Shown: positions 30,713 to 41,313, numbered from the stretch's first letter. The stretch: DNA of 64,000 nt from IMGVR_UViG_3300030019_000003:188160-252159; one strand, 5' to 3'. The notes: generated from the letters alone by a model not told the origin. Program-made: numbers and translations.

Positions 30713-32518
30713 TTATTTGAAAACCAGTGTTATAAGCTCATTTTCTTTATCTTCCCAAAACTCTTTATAGTTATAGCGTATAAGCCCTATGTCACCATTT
30801 AGAAATGATAATGATGTTGTAGGTACCTTATCTTTTTCAAAGACATACGGTACTTCTGTAAAAAGTGATGTTTGATAATTGAAATGTAACATTGAATTTT
30901 CAGTCTCAGGTTTATACGATGTTTTATAAATAAGAACATCACCATTAATAAGTTTAACAGATTTAAGCTCCCTATTAACAAACGTATTAGGGTAAGTACT
31001 AACACCTTCAGTAACAAGATTATCTTGTATATCATAAAGATAGTTAGTATAATCTCCACCTATGATTAGTATCCTACCACCACTTACTCTAAAGATGATA
31101 CCTGTGTTCATATTAGCATTAGGAACTACAAGAAGATCTACCATTGTAGCAGTAACAATGTTATATTTACGTAGCGTATTTAATCCTACTGGTAAATAGA
31201 TAAACTCGGTATCAGATACCCACACGATAGCATTTGTTTTACCAATACCTATAGTTTCATCATTTCTACTATAAGTAGATATAAGAGTTGCCGTATTAGT
31301 TCCTCTATTATAAGTATAATGTAAAAAACAAGGATGACCACTACCATTATCTGTATCAATAAGTAAGTTATCACCTGGCAAAACCTTAATATAGGTATTA
31401 TCAACATTGGTAGAAAGTAAACTCAATCCTATAACAATACCTTTATTTTCATACAGCCCCGTAGTTGTGTTTAAAACAAATCTTGATACTGTCTTATTGC
31501 CATAAATAGGTACTAAAATAGTACTATTAGGTAACTCCTCTGATACTGTTCCGTTAGGAACAAATGTTTGATCCATGAAAGCACTAGCTGCTACTGTATC
31601 CGTATAGTTAAAACTGGGATCATTAACATCGATCTCTTTACCTTTTTGAACACTAAGTTTCTTAGTAGTAAAAGACAGGTCTCCATTACTATTTCTAGCA
31701 TTAATAACAAGATTAAAAACATAATTAGGATTAAGAACATACCAGGGTATTGTTATAAAGTCATCCTCTTGAAGAATCTTGTTGTAATAGGTTTGTCCTG
31801 TGCTGGCTTCGTTAACATCAATGCTGACGATACCATTACTGATATTAGCATTAATTTTATTAAAGACAACCTTTAAATCTTTTAAAGGAATAACTTGTTC
31901 TAGATTGGTACCAAGCTCAAAGTTATAACTTGTAAGTTCTATAATAGCTGTACCAACTGGACTCTCAACACCTAACATAGAGATATGAATACATGAGAAT
32001 TTAAGAACATTCTTATTAAGCATATCACTTGTTTTAGTAATCGTTATACTTTCTAAATTTGTACCTACGGATTTAGTATAAAAAAGTACATCGTCATTTC
32101 CATCTCTAATGATCCATATCGAACCTTGCTGGGCATCATTACCTTTATACTTTGAAGAAGTAACTGTAAATGAAACAGCATCTGATAAGACATCATCTTT
32201 GCTTACATTTACTGTAGGGGTAATGATCTCAATTTCATCTTCTAACAGTATTGTTGACTCTGGTGAATCTGTACCAAGTGTTTTTCTATATGCCGTAGTA
32301 TAATCATAGCTTGGTGTATCAAAATGTCTGATAGCCCTACCATACCATACTTCACCTGCAGGAACATTTAGATTATAAGTAGAAAGGTTTAATTTAGTTG
32401 TAGATTTTTCATCTACTATAAGCACAGCAAAATCAGTATCTCTTGATACCTGCCACGTGGTGGCAATTTGTACCTCTCCGGATACGGGAACATATTGCTT
32501 TAATCGTAATACAAGCAT
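30713..32518 (-). CDS. putative virion structural protein (Ig/FN3-like N-terminus, propeller-like C-terminus)
   Basis: 601 aa upstream of the sheath; TTWQVSRD and kelch-like GRILIIGG and INGDVLI segments. Confidence 0.45.
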   Translation of the reverse strand: MLVLRLKQYVPVSGEVQIATTWQVSRDTDFAVLIVDEKSTTKLNLSTYNLNVPAGEVWYGRAIRHFDTPSYDYTTAYRKTLGTDSPESTILLEDEIEIITPTVNVSKDDVLSDAVSFTVTSSKYKGNDAQQGSIWIIRDGNDDVLFYTKSVGTNLESITITKTSDMLNKNVLKFSCIHISMLGVESPVGTAIIELTSYNFELGTNLEQVIPLKDLKVVFNKINANISNGIVSIDVNEASTGQTYYNKILQEDDFITIPWYVLNPNYVFNLVINARNSNGDLSFTTKKLSVQKGKEIDVNDPSFNYTDTVAASAFMDQTFVPNGTVSEELPNSTILVPIYGNKTVSRFVLNTTTGLYENKGIVIGLSLLSTNVDNTYIKVLPGDNLLIDTDNGSGHPCFLHYTYNRGTNTATLISTYSRNDETIGIGKTNAIVWVSDTEFIYLPVGLNTLRKYNIVTATMVDLLVVPNANMNTGIIFRVSGGRILIIGGDYTNYLYDIQDNLVTEGVSTYPNTFVNRELKSVKLINGDVLIYKTSYKPETENSMLHFNYQTSLFTEVPYVFEKDKVPTTSLSFLNGDIGLIRYNYKEFWEDKENELITLVFK

Positions 32519-32572
32519 GGTGCTTCTCCTTAGTTCAATTCATTTAAGTGAATTTTATCTTAAGGAGTAGGG

Positions 32573-32986
32573 ATGTTTGATATGATAAAAAAGTATAGGG
32601 ATATGGCCGTAGCTATTATTATAACTGCCGCTATTATAGGTGTTGGAGGAGGTATTATTTACAAATATCTTAGCCTGACTGGGGAGATAGAAAAACTGAA
32701 TAAAGCTGCTACAACTAAGGATCTTGATATCTCTAGACTTAATGAAAAAGTGGGCGCACTCACTGCTTCTAAACTAGCATTAGAAAAATCACTTGATGAT
32801 CAAAATACTGAGCTTCAAAAGCGACAAGTTAATATTGATGAAAGAGATGCAGAGATTCAAAAACTTAGAGATATGACGACAGCTCAACGTTATGGTGCTG
32901 ATAGTAATATAACAAAAGCCTATAATGATACTGAAATACATTCTAAACTCAGAACAATAGCAGGAATAAAATATGAAGATCTTTAA
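32573..32986 (+). CDS. inner-membrane spanin (Rz-like)
   Basis: N-terminal TM helix followed by a coiled coil; overlaps a lipoprotein gene. Confidence 0.65.
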   Translation: MFDMIKKYRDMAVAIIITAAIIGVGGGIIYKYLSLTGEIEKLNKAATTKDLDISRLNEKVGALTASKLALEKSLDDQNTELQKRQVNIDERDAEIQKLRDMTTAQRYGADSNITKAYNDTEIHSKLRTIAGIKYEDL

Positions 32987-33284
32987 TCTTATAGCGTTCA
33001 GCATCGCTATTTTAACCATGCTTATAGGTTGTGGAGCAAAACAACAACCGGATACTGTTTACTTAACTAACACTAAGAAGGTATACATTCCAGTATACTG
33101 TAACACTAGAGTTAAAGTAAAATGTGAATTTAATAATCCTGAGGATACTAAAGTAATTGATGGAATGTTGACATGTATCATAAGTCAAAAAGACGTCATA
33201 TCGGCATGTAGTGAAGATAAACTACGTAAGCATGTCGATGACCTTATAGCAAAAGATAAAGAAGATGATAATACTACTAAGTAG
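32973..33284 (+). CDS. outer-membrane lipoprotein spanin (Rz1-like)
   Basis: Signal peptide with lipobox LIGC, Cys-containing body, KKVYIPV motif. Confidence 0.65.
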   Translation: MKIFNLIAFSIAILTMLIGCGAKQQPDTVYLTNTKKVYIPVYCNTRVKVKCEFNNPEDTKVIDGMLTCIISQKDVISACSEDKLRKHVDDLIAKDKEDDNTTK

Positions 33285-33308
33285 TCCCATATGGGACTAC
33301 TTAGTAGT
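33273..33308. terminator. perfect palindrome between convergent genes
   Basis: ACTACTAAGTAGTCCCATATGGGACTACTTAGTAGT. Confidence 0.7.
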
Positions 33309-33319
33309 TATGTTTTTTT

Positions 33320-34291
33320 TTATGCTGGTTCTGATGTTGGTTTAAATTGCTTATAAAGTCTTTCGAGTTCACTGTAGACATAGTCACCGGTAATATCTTC
33401 TTTAGAGTCAACAATCTCTAAGAGATAAACGTTGTCTTCAACATCTCCCCAAAGTTTAGTATACTCTTGTGTTTTATAACCGTTGTCTTGTCTAAACTTA
33501 TTAAGCATGTGTTTACCGATGTAAAGTTTATATAAAGAATTGAAATTAAATCCTTTATACTCTTTACCTAAGATAACACAAAGTGCCAAGAATCTTACAA
33601 GTAGGTTATCTGTATCATAAGTGTAGAAGCTAAGTTGTTTTAACAACATAACGATTCTTGATTTAGTATCGGTCACTTCATTATAGAAACCCTGTAGTAG
33701 GATATCAACCTCACTTCTTAATGTCTTAATAGATTCTTTTGTTACAAGACCCTCTATCACCTCGTCAATCTTGCTATTATAAGTTAGCCTATCAACAGGT
33801 GTGTATGTTGTTGTTAGCATGATATGATTTTGCAGATAATTAAGATCTCTTATTTTTAGAGATTTATAGTAATTATCAATAAGAATACTCATACCAAAAT
33901 GAATACTGTCAACAATCTCCATACGAAGGTTAGACACATTGACATGACCATCTATATTAGCCCAATGTTTCCAAGGGAAACAATCTAATGACTCAAACAG
34001 CTCACCTTTAAAAGCAGCAACCCAATCTATGACTCTGTTTTCTTTTGTATAACCTTCAAGCCATACTTCACCATTGGTTGTAAAGTTTAGACTGGCTTGT
34101 AGTCTAAATAAGGATACTACCTTTTGAAAGAAATCGCCACACTCTTCAACATCAGCGATGCACTCTACTTCTTCTAATACAGGTTCAACATATAAGGTAG
34201 TTGTACCTGTATTGTCAATTTCATTTTGAGCAATTGTTTCATTTGATAAGCCACGTACTGCAGCTTCTTCTTCACTTGTTAACATAATCAT
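33320..34291 (-). CDS. dut: dimeric all-alpha dUTPase (Campylobacter-type)
   Basis: ELFESLDCFPWKHW, MEIVDSIHF, YIGKHMLNKFRQDNGYK...KLWGDVEDN. Confidence 0.85.
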   Translation of the reverse strand: MIMLTSEEEAAVRGLSNETIAQNEIDNTGTTTLYVEPVLEEVECIADVEECGDFFQKVVSLFRLQASLNFTTNGEVWLEGYTKENRVIDWVAAFKGELFESLDCFPWKHWANIDGHVNVSNLRMEIVDSIHFGMSILIDNYYKSLKIRDLNYLQNHIMLTTTYTPVDRLTYNSKIDEVIEGLVTKESIKTLRSEVDILLQGFYNEVTDTKSRIVMLLKQLSFYTYDTDNLLVRFLALCVILGKEYKGFNFNSLYKLYIGKHMLNKFRQDNGYKTQEYTKLWGDVEDNVYLLEIVDSKEDITGDYVYSELERLYKQFKPTSEPA

Positions 34292-34315
34292 CCTTCTTAG
34301 TGTTTAATCATTTAT

Positions 34316-34834
34316 TTACAGGTTAATAAAATATTCTTTTACAGGATTAATCTCAGAGACTATTGCGTGTGTTCTTACTGTTCCGTTAGCCTGTATATAT
34401 TTAGACATGTTTTCTTCATGTATCCACACATTAACAGTTCCTGATGTGTCATATTCAGACGGTCTAGTTGATATGAATGTCCAACCTTTTTTCTTAAGTA
34501 GTTTTTCTAATACGGGATTAGACGTTGTTAATTCATGTACAGTAGTATTGCTCACGACCCAATCTAATAACTTGCTGGCATAACCTCTATCTCTAAATGG
34601 ATAGTAAACTATAAAACCAAATAAGGTAACATCTGAAAAACAAAATCTTGCTACACAATAATCTCTACATCCTGCTACACGATCATGAACCTCTACAAAA
34701 TTAAGAGTTCCCCAGTTACCCATACCGTATAAACTTTCATCTTCAATAACGCTCACAGGATCAGTTCTTTCAGAATAGCCTGTTTTTAATAACCAATCAT
34801 AACCATCTACACTATTTTGAACACAGAGCCTCAT
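34316..34834 (-). CDS. GNAT-family acetyltransferase
   Basis: Motif A VYYPFRDRGYASKLL; N...KKGW motif. Confidence 0.7.
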   Translation of the reverse strand: MRLCVQNSVDGYDWLLKTGYSERTDPVSVIEDESLYGMGNWGTLNFVEVHDRVAGCRDYCVARFCFSDVTLFGFIVYYPFRDRGYASKLLDWVVSNTTVHELTTSNPVLEKLLKKKGWTFISTRPSEYDTSGTVNVWIHEENMSKYIQANGTVRTHAIVSEINPVKEYFINL

Positions 34835-34898
34835 AGGTATCCTTTTAGTATAATCTATTTAATTATACGTATGTTATATTTTAATAATGGTTAATGAT

Positions 34899-34908
34899 AT
34901 ATTATTTA
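34899..34908 (+). promoter_or_regulatory. putative early promoter motif
   Basis: ATATTATTTA about 55 nt upstream of ORF 34961. Confidence 0.5.
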
Positions 34909-34960
34909 ACTAATAACCTATAACTAGTTAAGTTACAAGTATAACCCCAAAGGAATAAAT

Positions 34961-35410
34961 ATGAAAGATATTAACAAGCTAACTTCACAAAGAGTTGATG
35001 AACTTTACACTACCTGTCTATCTCAGAGTGAAGAAAACACTGCTGTAACTATTAAAGGTATTATACTATCAGCAACATTCTCTGTAGCTAATCTGAATGC
35101 TGTTAAAGAGGATATTGTAGAATTGATCATGCAGTTACCAGAAGGTGCCTTTAAAGGTTCAAAAGATAATGGTCTGTCATTCTTAACATTGTGTCATGAT
35201 AAAGATGAAGAACAATGGACGTCTTTTCACGCATGTGTAGAAAGGCTTATGATGCTAGCTATGTGTATTCAACGTTGTGTGTTCTTGATGCCTAGAAATA
35301 TGTGGAAGGTTCTACCAGGCGGGCTACCATACTTATTATTTAATACTGAGGACTTCACCAGTAATGAAATGTGTGCGTGTTCTGATCTTGAAAATGAACT
35401 TTCAAAATGA
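34961..35410 (+). CDS. conserved phage hypothetical protein
   Basis: GLSFL..C.DK...QWT..H and PR.MW.VLPGGLPY pattern recalled from other phage proteins. Confidence 0.65.
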   Translation: MKDINKLTSQRVDELYTTCLSQSEENTAVTIKGIILSATFSVANLNAVKEDIVELIMQLPEGAFKGSKDNGLSFLTLCHDKDEEQWTSFHACVERLMMLAMCIQRCVFLMPRNMWKVLPGGLPYLLFNTEDFTSNEMCACSDLENELSK

Positions 35411-35413
35411 TAG

Positions 35414-35446
35414 CTAACTAGGTAACCACGATGGTTACCTAGTTAG
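35414..35446 (+). terminator. hairpin terminator
   Basis: CTAACTAGGTAACCA-CGA-TGGTTACCTAGTTAG. Confidence 0.7.
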
Positions 35447-35962
35447 ATTTATACTACTTTTTTTACTCTATTTAACAACAAGGTTCCCCCATTCAGTCGG
35501 GGAGCTAACGCTCCCCTCCTCCCCCTCCAAAAAAAAGATTATTATATATACGGTTTTTTATTCTTATCTTTACTCTTTTTAATTCACTCATTTCATTCGT
35601 TCATTAAAAAGGATTTTTGATCAAATTTTATTTTTTTTTGTTTTTAGTACGTATGATGTAGATAAGCTATAGACAAGATATATTAAAATATTTAACTATT
35701 ATTTTTTTAATAATAGTTATGTTTTATAAAAGTAACAAATAGATACGTAAGTATCTTATATAAAATAAAAAACTAAAATATACTATTTTAGTGAGTATGT
35801 ATATGTATGTGTTACCACCTTGTAAAGTTGATTTTGGGATTTTTGAGATACATACTCACCTTTTATCTACTAGTAGAGTTTTTGGACTCTACTAGTAGTG
35901 AGAGGAGTATCAAAATTTGATTATTAAAATATTAAGTAGATAAGACTATTAAGGGTACGATT
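35447..35962. other. long, very AT-rich non-coding region with several inverted repeats (candidate origin or structured element)
   Basis: No ORF; T-runs then A-runs; hairpins at 35499-35516, 35575-35611, 35791-35859 and 35867-35898. Confidence 0.4.
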
Positions 35963-38425
35963 ATGACCATTACTAAATTGATACTCTCAGGGTATAAGAG
36001 ATTATTTTTAAATACAATAGAGGTACTAGAATTTACACCTGTTAACATCGTTAATATTATACTAGGTGCTAATGGTTCTGGTAAGTCTTCTTTACTTTAT
36101 ATGTTGAATCCTTTACCAGCTGACTTAAAGAAAGACTTTAAAGAAGATGGTTATAAGTATATAGAGATAGATCATCATAACAAAAAGTACATACTATCCT
36201 CTGGAATGATTACTAAAAATAAACATAGTTTCAAATGTGATGATATTGAATACAATGAAGGTGGTACCCGTAAGGTACAACTAGAACTAGTAAGAGAACA
36301 TTTTAATATTACTAATGATATTAATAATATTTTGATCGGTAACGTTAACTTCTCTAGTATGGGGCTACAAGAACGTAAATATTGGTTCTCAGAACTTAGC
36401 ACGATAGATTACAAGTTTCCTATTAGTGTTTATAATAGTTTAAAACAAAGAGAACGAGATATACTAGGTGGTATAAAACTATCTCAAGAACAGCTTATAA
36501 AAGCTGAGACGAATATACTATCACAGGAAGGCTTAGATAAGCTTATAACGGATAGTGTTATGCTAGAGAAGTATATTGATCATTGTGTGTCATTATACGA
36601 TCACAGCGTTGCTGTACACGGAACGAGTCATACTTTAGAAAGTATACGTGAAGCGAATACTACTGTTAGATATATCATGAAGAATTTGAATACAAATGAA
36701 AGTTTAGAAGATATACGAAACAAGATACACTATTTTACAGAATATGAAAAAACTCTTAAAGACAAATTAATAACGATCAATAATGATATTCATACCTTAG
36801 AAGACAGTTACTGCCCTATTGATAATCTAAAAGAGGCTGAGGATGCTAAGAAGGACTATTTAGATAAACTTGATGAATTAAAAAATAACATGTTTATAGC
36901 CATACCTCTTAACACTATAGAATCAGTTATCACTTCGTATAACTTTATCATAAATGATGTACTAGGATGTTTTAATCAATTATCCGATTATAGCAGTTAC
37001 GATAGTAGCAAAGATAACATAGAGTTATTAATGATTAAGAGAACTAACCTTGCAAGAGAACTCAAGGTTATCTTAACAGAAATAACAATATTAACAGCTG
37101 AACAGAATATGATTATTAAATCTAAGCAAGAGGATAATCTTGTTAAATGTGGTAATTGTAATCATGAGTGGTATTTAGGATATGACGAGAATAAATTAAA
37201 CAGTATCCTAAAGAGATTAAAGAAGATAGAAGAGGATAAAGAGATTAAAGAAAAAGAATCTTTAATCTTAGAAGAACTCTACACTTCAATAGTAGCTAAA
37301 GCAGAGATTATAAATAACATTAAACATCTCATAAGTTCTAACACATACTTAAAAGAAATATGGTCTTATGTTTTTAATCGACATAATATTCATAAGGATA
37401 GTCCATCTGTTTTTGTAAGCGATCTTAATAAGATAAGTGGTATGCTTGAACAGTGTAAAGAGTATAGTAACTTTGAAAAACATTTATGGGAACTAGAGAA
37501 GAATATTTTACTTTTAAGAGATGTTAATAAGGCTAAGGATGATGTTATTTCTATACGAGTAGCAACACTTGAAAAAGAGCTTATCTCTATAACAACTAAA
37601 CTTACTCAAAATAGTAATGACCTAAGGGCCTATTCTACTATACTAATCTTAAAAGAGAAGTTATATACTACTCGAAAAGATCTTGTTACTATGATCCGTA
37701 AGTATCGTAAAGAGATAGAAAATGAGATCATCATAGAGAGGAATAAAACACTCTCTGAATTAGTGACACATTTAAAATCAGAACTGGTTGGCATCCTTCA
37801 AACGATTAACACTTCTAAACAACTCGTTAGAGACACAGAAATGGTCAAAAAACGATTAGAAGAGTATAAGCTTAGGGATAAGGTGTTAAGTCATTTATTA
37901 AAGGCTCTATCCCCTTCTGAGGGTATCATTGCTAAAAGTATTAATAGTTTCTTAAATGTCTTTATAACTGAAATGAATCATATTATTAATTCAGTATGGA
38001 GTTATAGTATGATCTTGTTACCTTGTGAGGTAACAGAAGAAAATGATTTAGATTATAAATTCAGAGTAAGAGTAAATAATACCGATACTATTGAAGATAT
38101 TAGTAAGTTATCAACCTCCATGCAAGAGATTGTTAACTTAGCGTTTAAAATAGTCTTTGTTAAATATCTTAAGATAGCAGATACACCATTATTCCTAGAT
38201 GAGTTTGGTAGGACTATGGATCCAGCACATCGTATCAGTGCTTATAATGTTGTTGATAGGATCTTAAGTAGTAACTTTAGCCAGATATTTATAGTCTCAC
38301 ATTTTGAGAGTATGTACGGTAGATTTGCTAATGCGGATATTTCTGTTCTCGATCCTAAGAATTTAGAACTCAATCCAGACGTATCTTATAACACGGTATT
38401 AAAAATAAACCATAGTAAGAGATAA
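35963..38425 (+). CDS. sbcC: SbcC/Rad50-like SMC ATPase
   Basis: Walker A GANGSGKS, long coiled coils, zinc hook CGNC, signature LSTSM, Walker B FLDE, H-loop VSH. Confidence 0.9.
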   Translation: MTITKLILSGYKRLFLNTIEVLEFTPVNIVNIILGANGSGKSSLLYMLNPLPADLKKDFKEDGYKYIEIDHHNKKYILSSGMITKNKHSFKCDDIEYNEGGTRKVQLELVREHFNITNDINNILIGNVNFSSMGLQERKYWFSELSTIDYKFPISVYNSLKQRERDILGGIKLSQEQLIKAETNILSQEGLDKLITDSVMLEKYIDHCVSLYDHSVAVHGTSHTLESIREANTTVRYIMKNLNTNESLEDIRNKIHYFTEYEKTLKDKLITINNDIHTLEDSYCPIDNLKEAEDAKKDYLDKLDELKNNMFIAIPLNTIESVITSYNFIINDVLGCFNQLSDYSSYDSSKDNIELLMIKRTNLARELKVILTEITILTAEQNMIIKSKQEDNLVKCGNCNHEWYLGYDENKLNSILKRLKKIEEDKEIKEKESLILEELYTSIVAKAEIINNIKHLISSNTYLKEIWSYVFNRHNIHKDSPSVFVSDLNKISGMLEQCKEYSNFEKHLWELEKNILLLRDVNKAKDDVISIRVATLEKELISITTKLTQNSNDLRAYSTILILKEKLYTTRKDLVTMIRKYRKEIENEIIIERNKTLSELVTHLKSELVGILQTINTSKQLVRDTEMVKKRLEEYKLRDKVLSHLLKALSPSEGIIAKSINSFLNVFITEMNHIINSVWSYSMILLPCEVTEENDLDYKFRVRVNNTDTIEDISKLSTSMQEIVNLAFKIVFVKYLKIADTPLFLDEFGRTMDPAHRISAYNVVDRILSSNFSQIFIVSHFESMYGRFANADISVLDPKNLELNPDVSYNTVLKINHSKR

Positions 38426-38446
38426 CCCATATGGGTTATCTCTTAC
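38415..38446. terminator. perfect palindrome spanning the ends of two convergent genes
   Basis: GTAAGAGATAACCCATATGGGTTATCTCTTAC. Confidence 0.7.
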
Positions 38447-39530
38447 CTATGATCTCTTTAATTTTAAAAGTATAACTATCAAGTTTAGCTAACTGTACAC
38501 CAGGAAGCCTAACAGTTGTTGAACGATTTTCTAGTCTACGTATCATAGCAGGTAGATAATAAAGTTCATCTTTATTTTTAACTTCACCCTTCTTACCAAT
38601 ATACAACATCAGATCGTAAATATAACGTATACGACTAACCCAGAGTATCCATTCAGATTGTCGTGTAAAGAATTGCTTATGCAATCTCAACACACCATCC
38701 ATGTTTTCTTGTTCGATAGCAGGTATCGTTAGAAATAATTGTTCAAGATAAAGATCTTCACCGGAGGTATCATAGTTTATACTGTTTAATAGTCTATCAA
38801 TATCTCTTGTGAAATCCATAACCTGTATAGGATGTTCAAACCTAAATTTAGGTATCTCTTCTTGTTTATTAATTTTAAAGAGTCTATTAAGAATAGCCAA
38901 GTCAGTCATACTACCTATCATGTTAGGCATAACGTACATCGCTAGAAAACGTGTTGGGTTAGTAGACATGTTGTTTTCAATACGTTCCAAAGACCAATAC
39001 CTATACTGTGCCATCAGGAGTATGATATCTATCTCATAGACAAACAATGCTTGGTCCTGTAGTTCCATCGTACCAAACATAGGGTAATAGTTAATATCTG
39101 TTAGCTCGTGATAAACACAACGAATAGGTATGGCATCACGCCATGTTTTTTCTAGAGTGAACCAATCCACATCATTCTCAACAGCATATAAAACTTCAAT
39201 AGCGTTCTTACTAAAGAATAAATTTTCATGGTAGAAGCCATCATTGATATTAGAAACAATTTCCAGCTGCTTAACCGTATAAAGATAACTTGCTTTTATC
39301 GTAGCTCTGTAAGCCATATCACTTAGTTCTATGTTACTAGAACACATAGAAATTAATCTGTTAAGCATGTGACTATTATTGACGCCACGTTCTCTATTCC
39401 TATAGTATTTTTTTAATCGCGCTATTTCAGAAACCATCATTCGTTTTACATAATCCATACGACTATATTTTTTTATAGTAAAGTCTCTGGATGGTGGAAG
39501 TTTATAATATTTAGTAAATAAATCAAACAT
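38436..39530 (-). CDS. conserved phiKZ-like hypothetical protein
   Basis: 364-aa ORF with AGGAG RBS, near the chimallin locus. Confidence 0.65.
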   Translation of the reverse strand: MFDLFTKYYKLPPSRDFTIKKYSRMDYVKRMMVSEIARLKKYYRNRERGVNNSHMLNRLISMCSSNIELSDMAYRATIKASYLYTVKQLEIVSNINDGFYHENLFFSKNAIEVLYAVENDVDWFTLEKTWRDAIPIRCVYHELTDINYYPMFGTMELQDQALFVYEIDIILLMAQYRYWSLERIENNMSTNPTRFLAMYVMPNMIGSMTDLAILNRLFKINKQEEIPKFRFEHPIQVMDFTRDIDRLLNSINYDTSGEDLYLEQLFLTIPAIEQENMDGVLRLHKQFFTRQSEWILWVSRIRYIYDLMLYIGKKGEVKNKDELYYLPAMIRRLENRSTTVRLPGVQLAKLDSYTFKIKEIIGKR

Positions 39531-39604
39531 TGGGTTCTCCTAGAGTTTCATTAAAAATGAATAACATATTATTCATATGGAAACTATTTACAGAAAGGAC
39601 TATT

Positions 39605-39994
39605 GTGAAGAAAGATATTGATAAAGACCATGTAACTAAAATACTTGCAACACCGAGTTTATGTAACTACATGGTTTACTACATGCCGCATTATCCAGAA
39701 GATAAAAAACATTTAGAAATCTGCCTAGGATTTGGTACGAAAATACGATTAGGAGCAGACATAATCTACTTTACTAATAGTAAAAGAAAAGAGTCTAAAA
39801 CAGATAAAGGTCACTGGTGGGTTATGACCGATCATAAATGTATTTCCATACCTAAAAGATTTAATACCGCAGATGCAGCTGTTGATTATGCCCGCAAGCA
39901 ATATGCAAAATGGTGTAAGAAAGAACTTGCTAAAACTGTTGAAGATATCGTTGAGGCTAATAAGCTTAGGGCTGAGGCTACTGAAATTAATTAA
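39605..39994 (+). CDS. hypothetical protein (GTG start re-called)
   Basis: AAAGGA RBS before GTG 39605; promoter motif at 39566-39575. Confidence 0.55.
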   Translation: MKKDIDKDHVTKILATPSLCNYMVYYMPHYPEDKKHLEICLGFGTKIRLGADIIYFTNSKRKESKTDKGHWWVMTDHKCISIPKRFNTADAAVDYARKQYAKWCKKELAKTVEDIVEANKLRAEATEIN

Positions 39995-40007
39995 AAAAGG
40001 ATAGTGT

Positions 40008-41108
40008 ATGTTGTTTAATAAACAAGTGTTGATACTCATGACAGACTTCATGATAAATGATGGTATCATAACCAATGATGTTGGAGGATCTATTAAGGAT
40101 ATGTATCTTTACGATAGACCTGAGGATTTAACAGATATACGTTATAGTCTGTTTTTCAAAAATGTATTCAGATATATTAATACCAAAATAGAAACAGAAA
40201 ATATTGATCAACAGTCTATTCCAAAACTTATGCTTAAAGCACTGACTAACTTAACAGGGATACTTGAAGATAAATACACAATTAGGGATAACATTATCCC
40301 TATCGATAACCTTGAAAAATTCTTAGGAAAAGAGATTATAACCATCGCTGGTTTAGATAAACATTTGTTAGTTTATGAAGCTTACTGTAGAGTAGTAAGT
40401 CACGATGAACATAGAACAATACAGCTAATTCATATTATTGGTTTGAAACTAGCCATAATCATACGTGATGATTTGCTCATTGTTATTGACTTTGTTACAG
40501 GTAGACTGATAACGCCTACTTATAATTCTGTTGTAAACATTAAGAATATTCTGAAATCTCGCGATGAAATAAAAGCAGTAGACACTATTGACGATGAGCA
40601 GGATACTTTTAATAAACGTAAGTTTTATCTTTTAGCCGAACTCGCTAAGACACCTACAAAACCTTTTACGCCACACGAGGTAGATGCTATAGGTATTAAT
40701 CTTTACGATGCTCTTGGCTACGATGATGAGGGTAGTCCTATTTCTATCTCTAGAGAAGAACTGCACTCCATGACACTTCACTCCATGACACTTAGAAACT
40801 TTATAGATACTATTGAAAAATCTACATGTTATCTAGGATGCTTGGATCAAGCTGGCGGGATCTCTTTAGAGGTAGCCGCTAAGTTAGAACGTGAAATATT
40901 GTTAGGTAAGAACTATGAATATTTCAATAATGGTGATCCAGGGGAATTAGCTAAATGGATTGCTAATCCAAATATAGCTACCTTACCAAACATAGTGGTT
41001 AATGATGAATTTGTCGTTATAAGATTAGAGTATGACATCATGCTAAATGTTAATAAACTTACAGGGGAGTTACAGTTTATGTTTAAGAGCCTTATCCATT
41101 TAGAATAA
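40008..41108 (+). CDS. hypothetical protein
   Basis: 366-aa ORF with AAGGA RBS. Confidence 0.7.
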   Translation: MLFNKQVLILMTDFMINDGIITNDVGGSIKDMYLYDRPEDLTDIRYSLFFKNVFRYINTKIETENIDQQSIPKLMLKALTNLTGILEDKYTIRDNIIPIDNLEKFLGKEIITIAGLDKHLLVYEAYCRVVSHDEHRTIQLIHIIGLKLAIIIRDDLLIVIDFVTGRLITPTYNSVVNIKNILKSRDEIKAVDTIDDEQDTFNKRKFYLLAELAKTPTKPFTPHEVDAIGINLYDALGYDDEGSPISISREELHSMTLHSMTLRNFIDTIEKSTCYLGCLDQAGGISLEVAAKLEREILLGKNYEYFNNGDPGELAKWIANPNIATLPNIVVNDEFVVIRLEYDIMLNVNKLTGELQFMFKSLIHLE

Positions 41109-41228
41109 TTTTTCTTAACATATCCTATTATATGATAAAAATCTCATTGGTGAAAACCGATGAGGTAAGATAGGGCATGTATAAGATTGCGTTTTTAATT
41201 ATTGTTAAAATGAATAATTTTTAACAAC

Positions 41229-41245
41229 ATATTATTTAGTTAGAG
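41229..41245 (+). promoter_or_regulatory. putative strong early promoter of chimallin
   Basis: ATATTATTTAGTTAGAG followed by leader hairpins and an AAGGAG RBS. Confidence 0.6.
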
Positions 41246-41313
41246 AACAATAACGTACTGTTGTTCTTAAAAATACTTTTGTCGACAAAAGTACAACATC
41301 ACAAGGAGATACC

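Noticed and set aside
40764-40793. 15-nt tandem duplication CACTCCATGACACTT (LHSMT twice); similar INLELE repeat near 4455-4497
   Set aside because: Simple in-frame slippage duplications with no sign of a repeat system.
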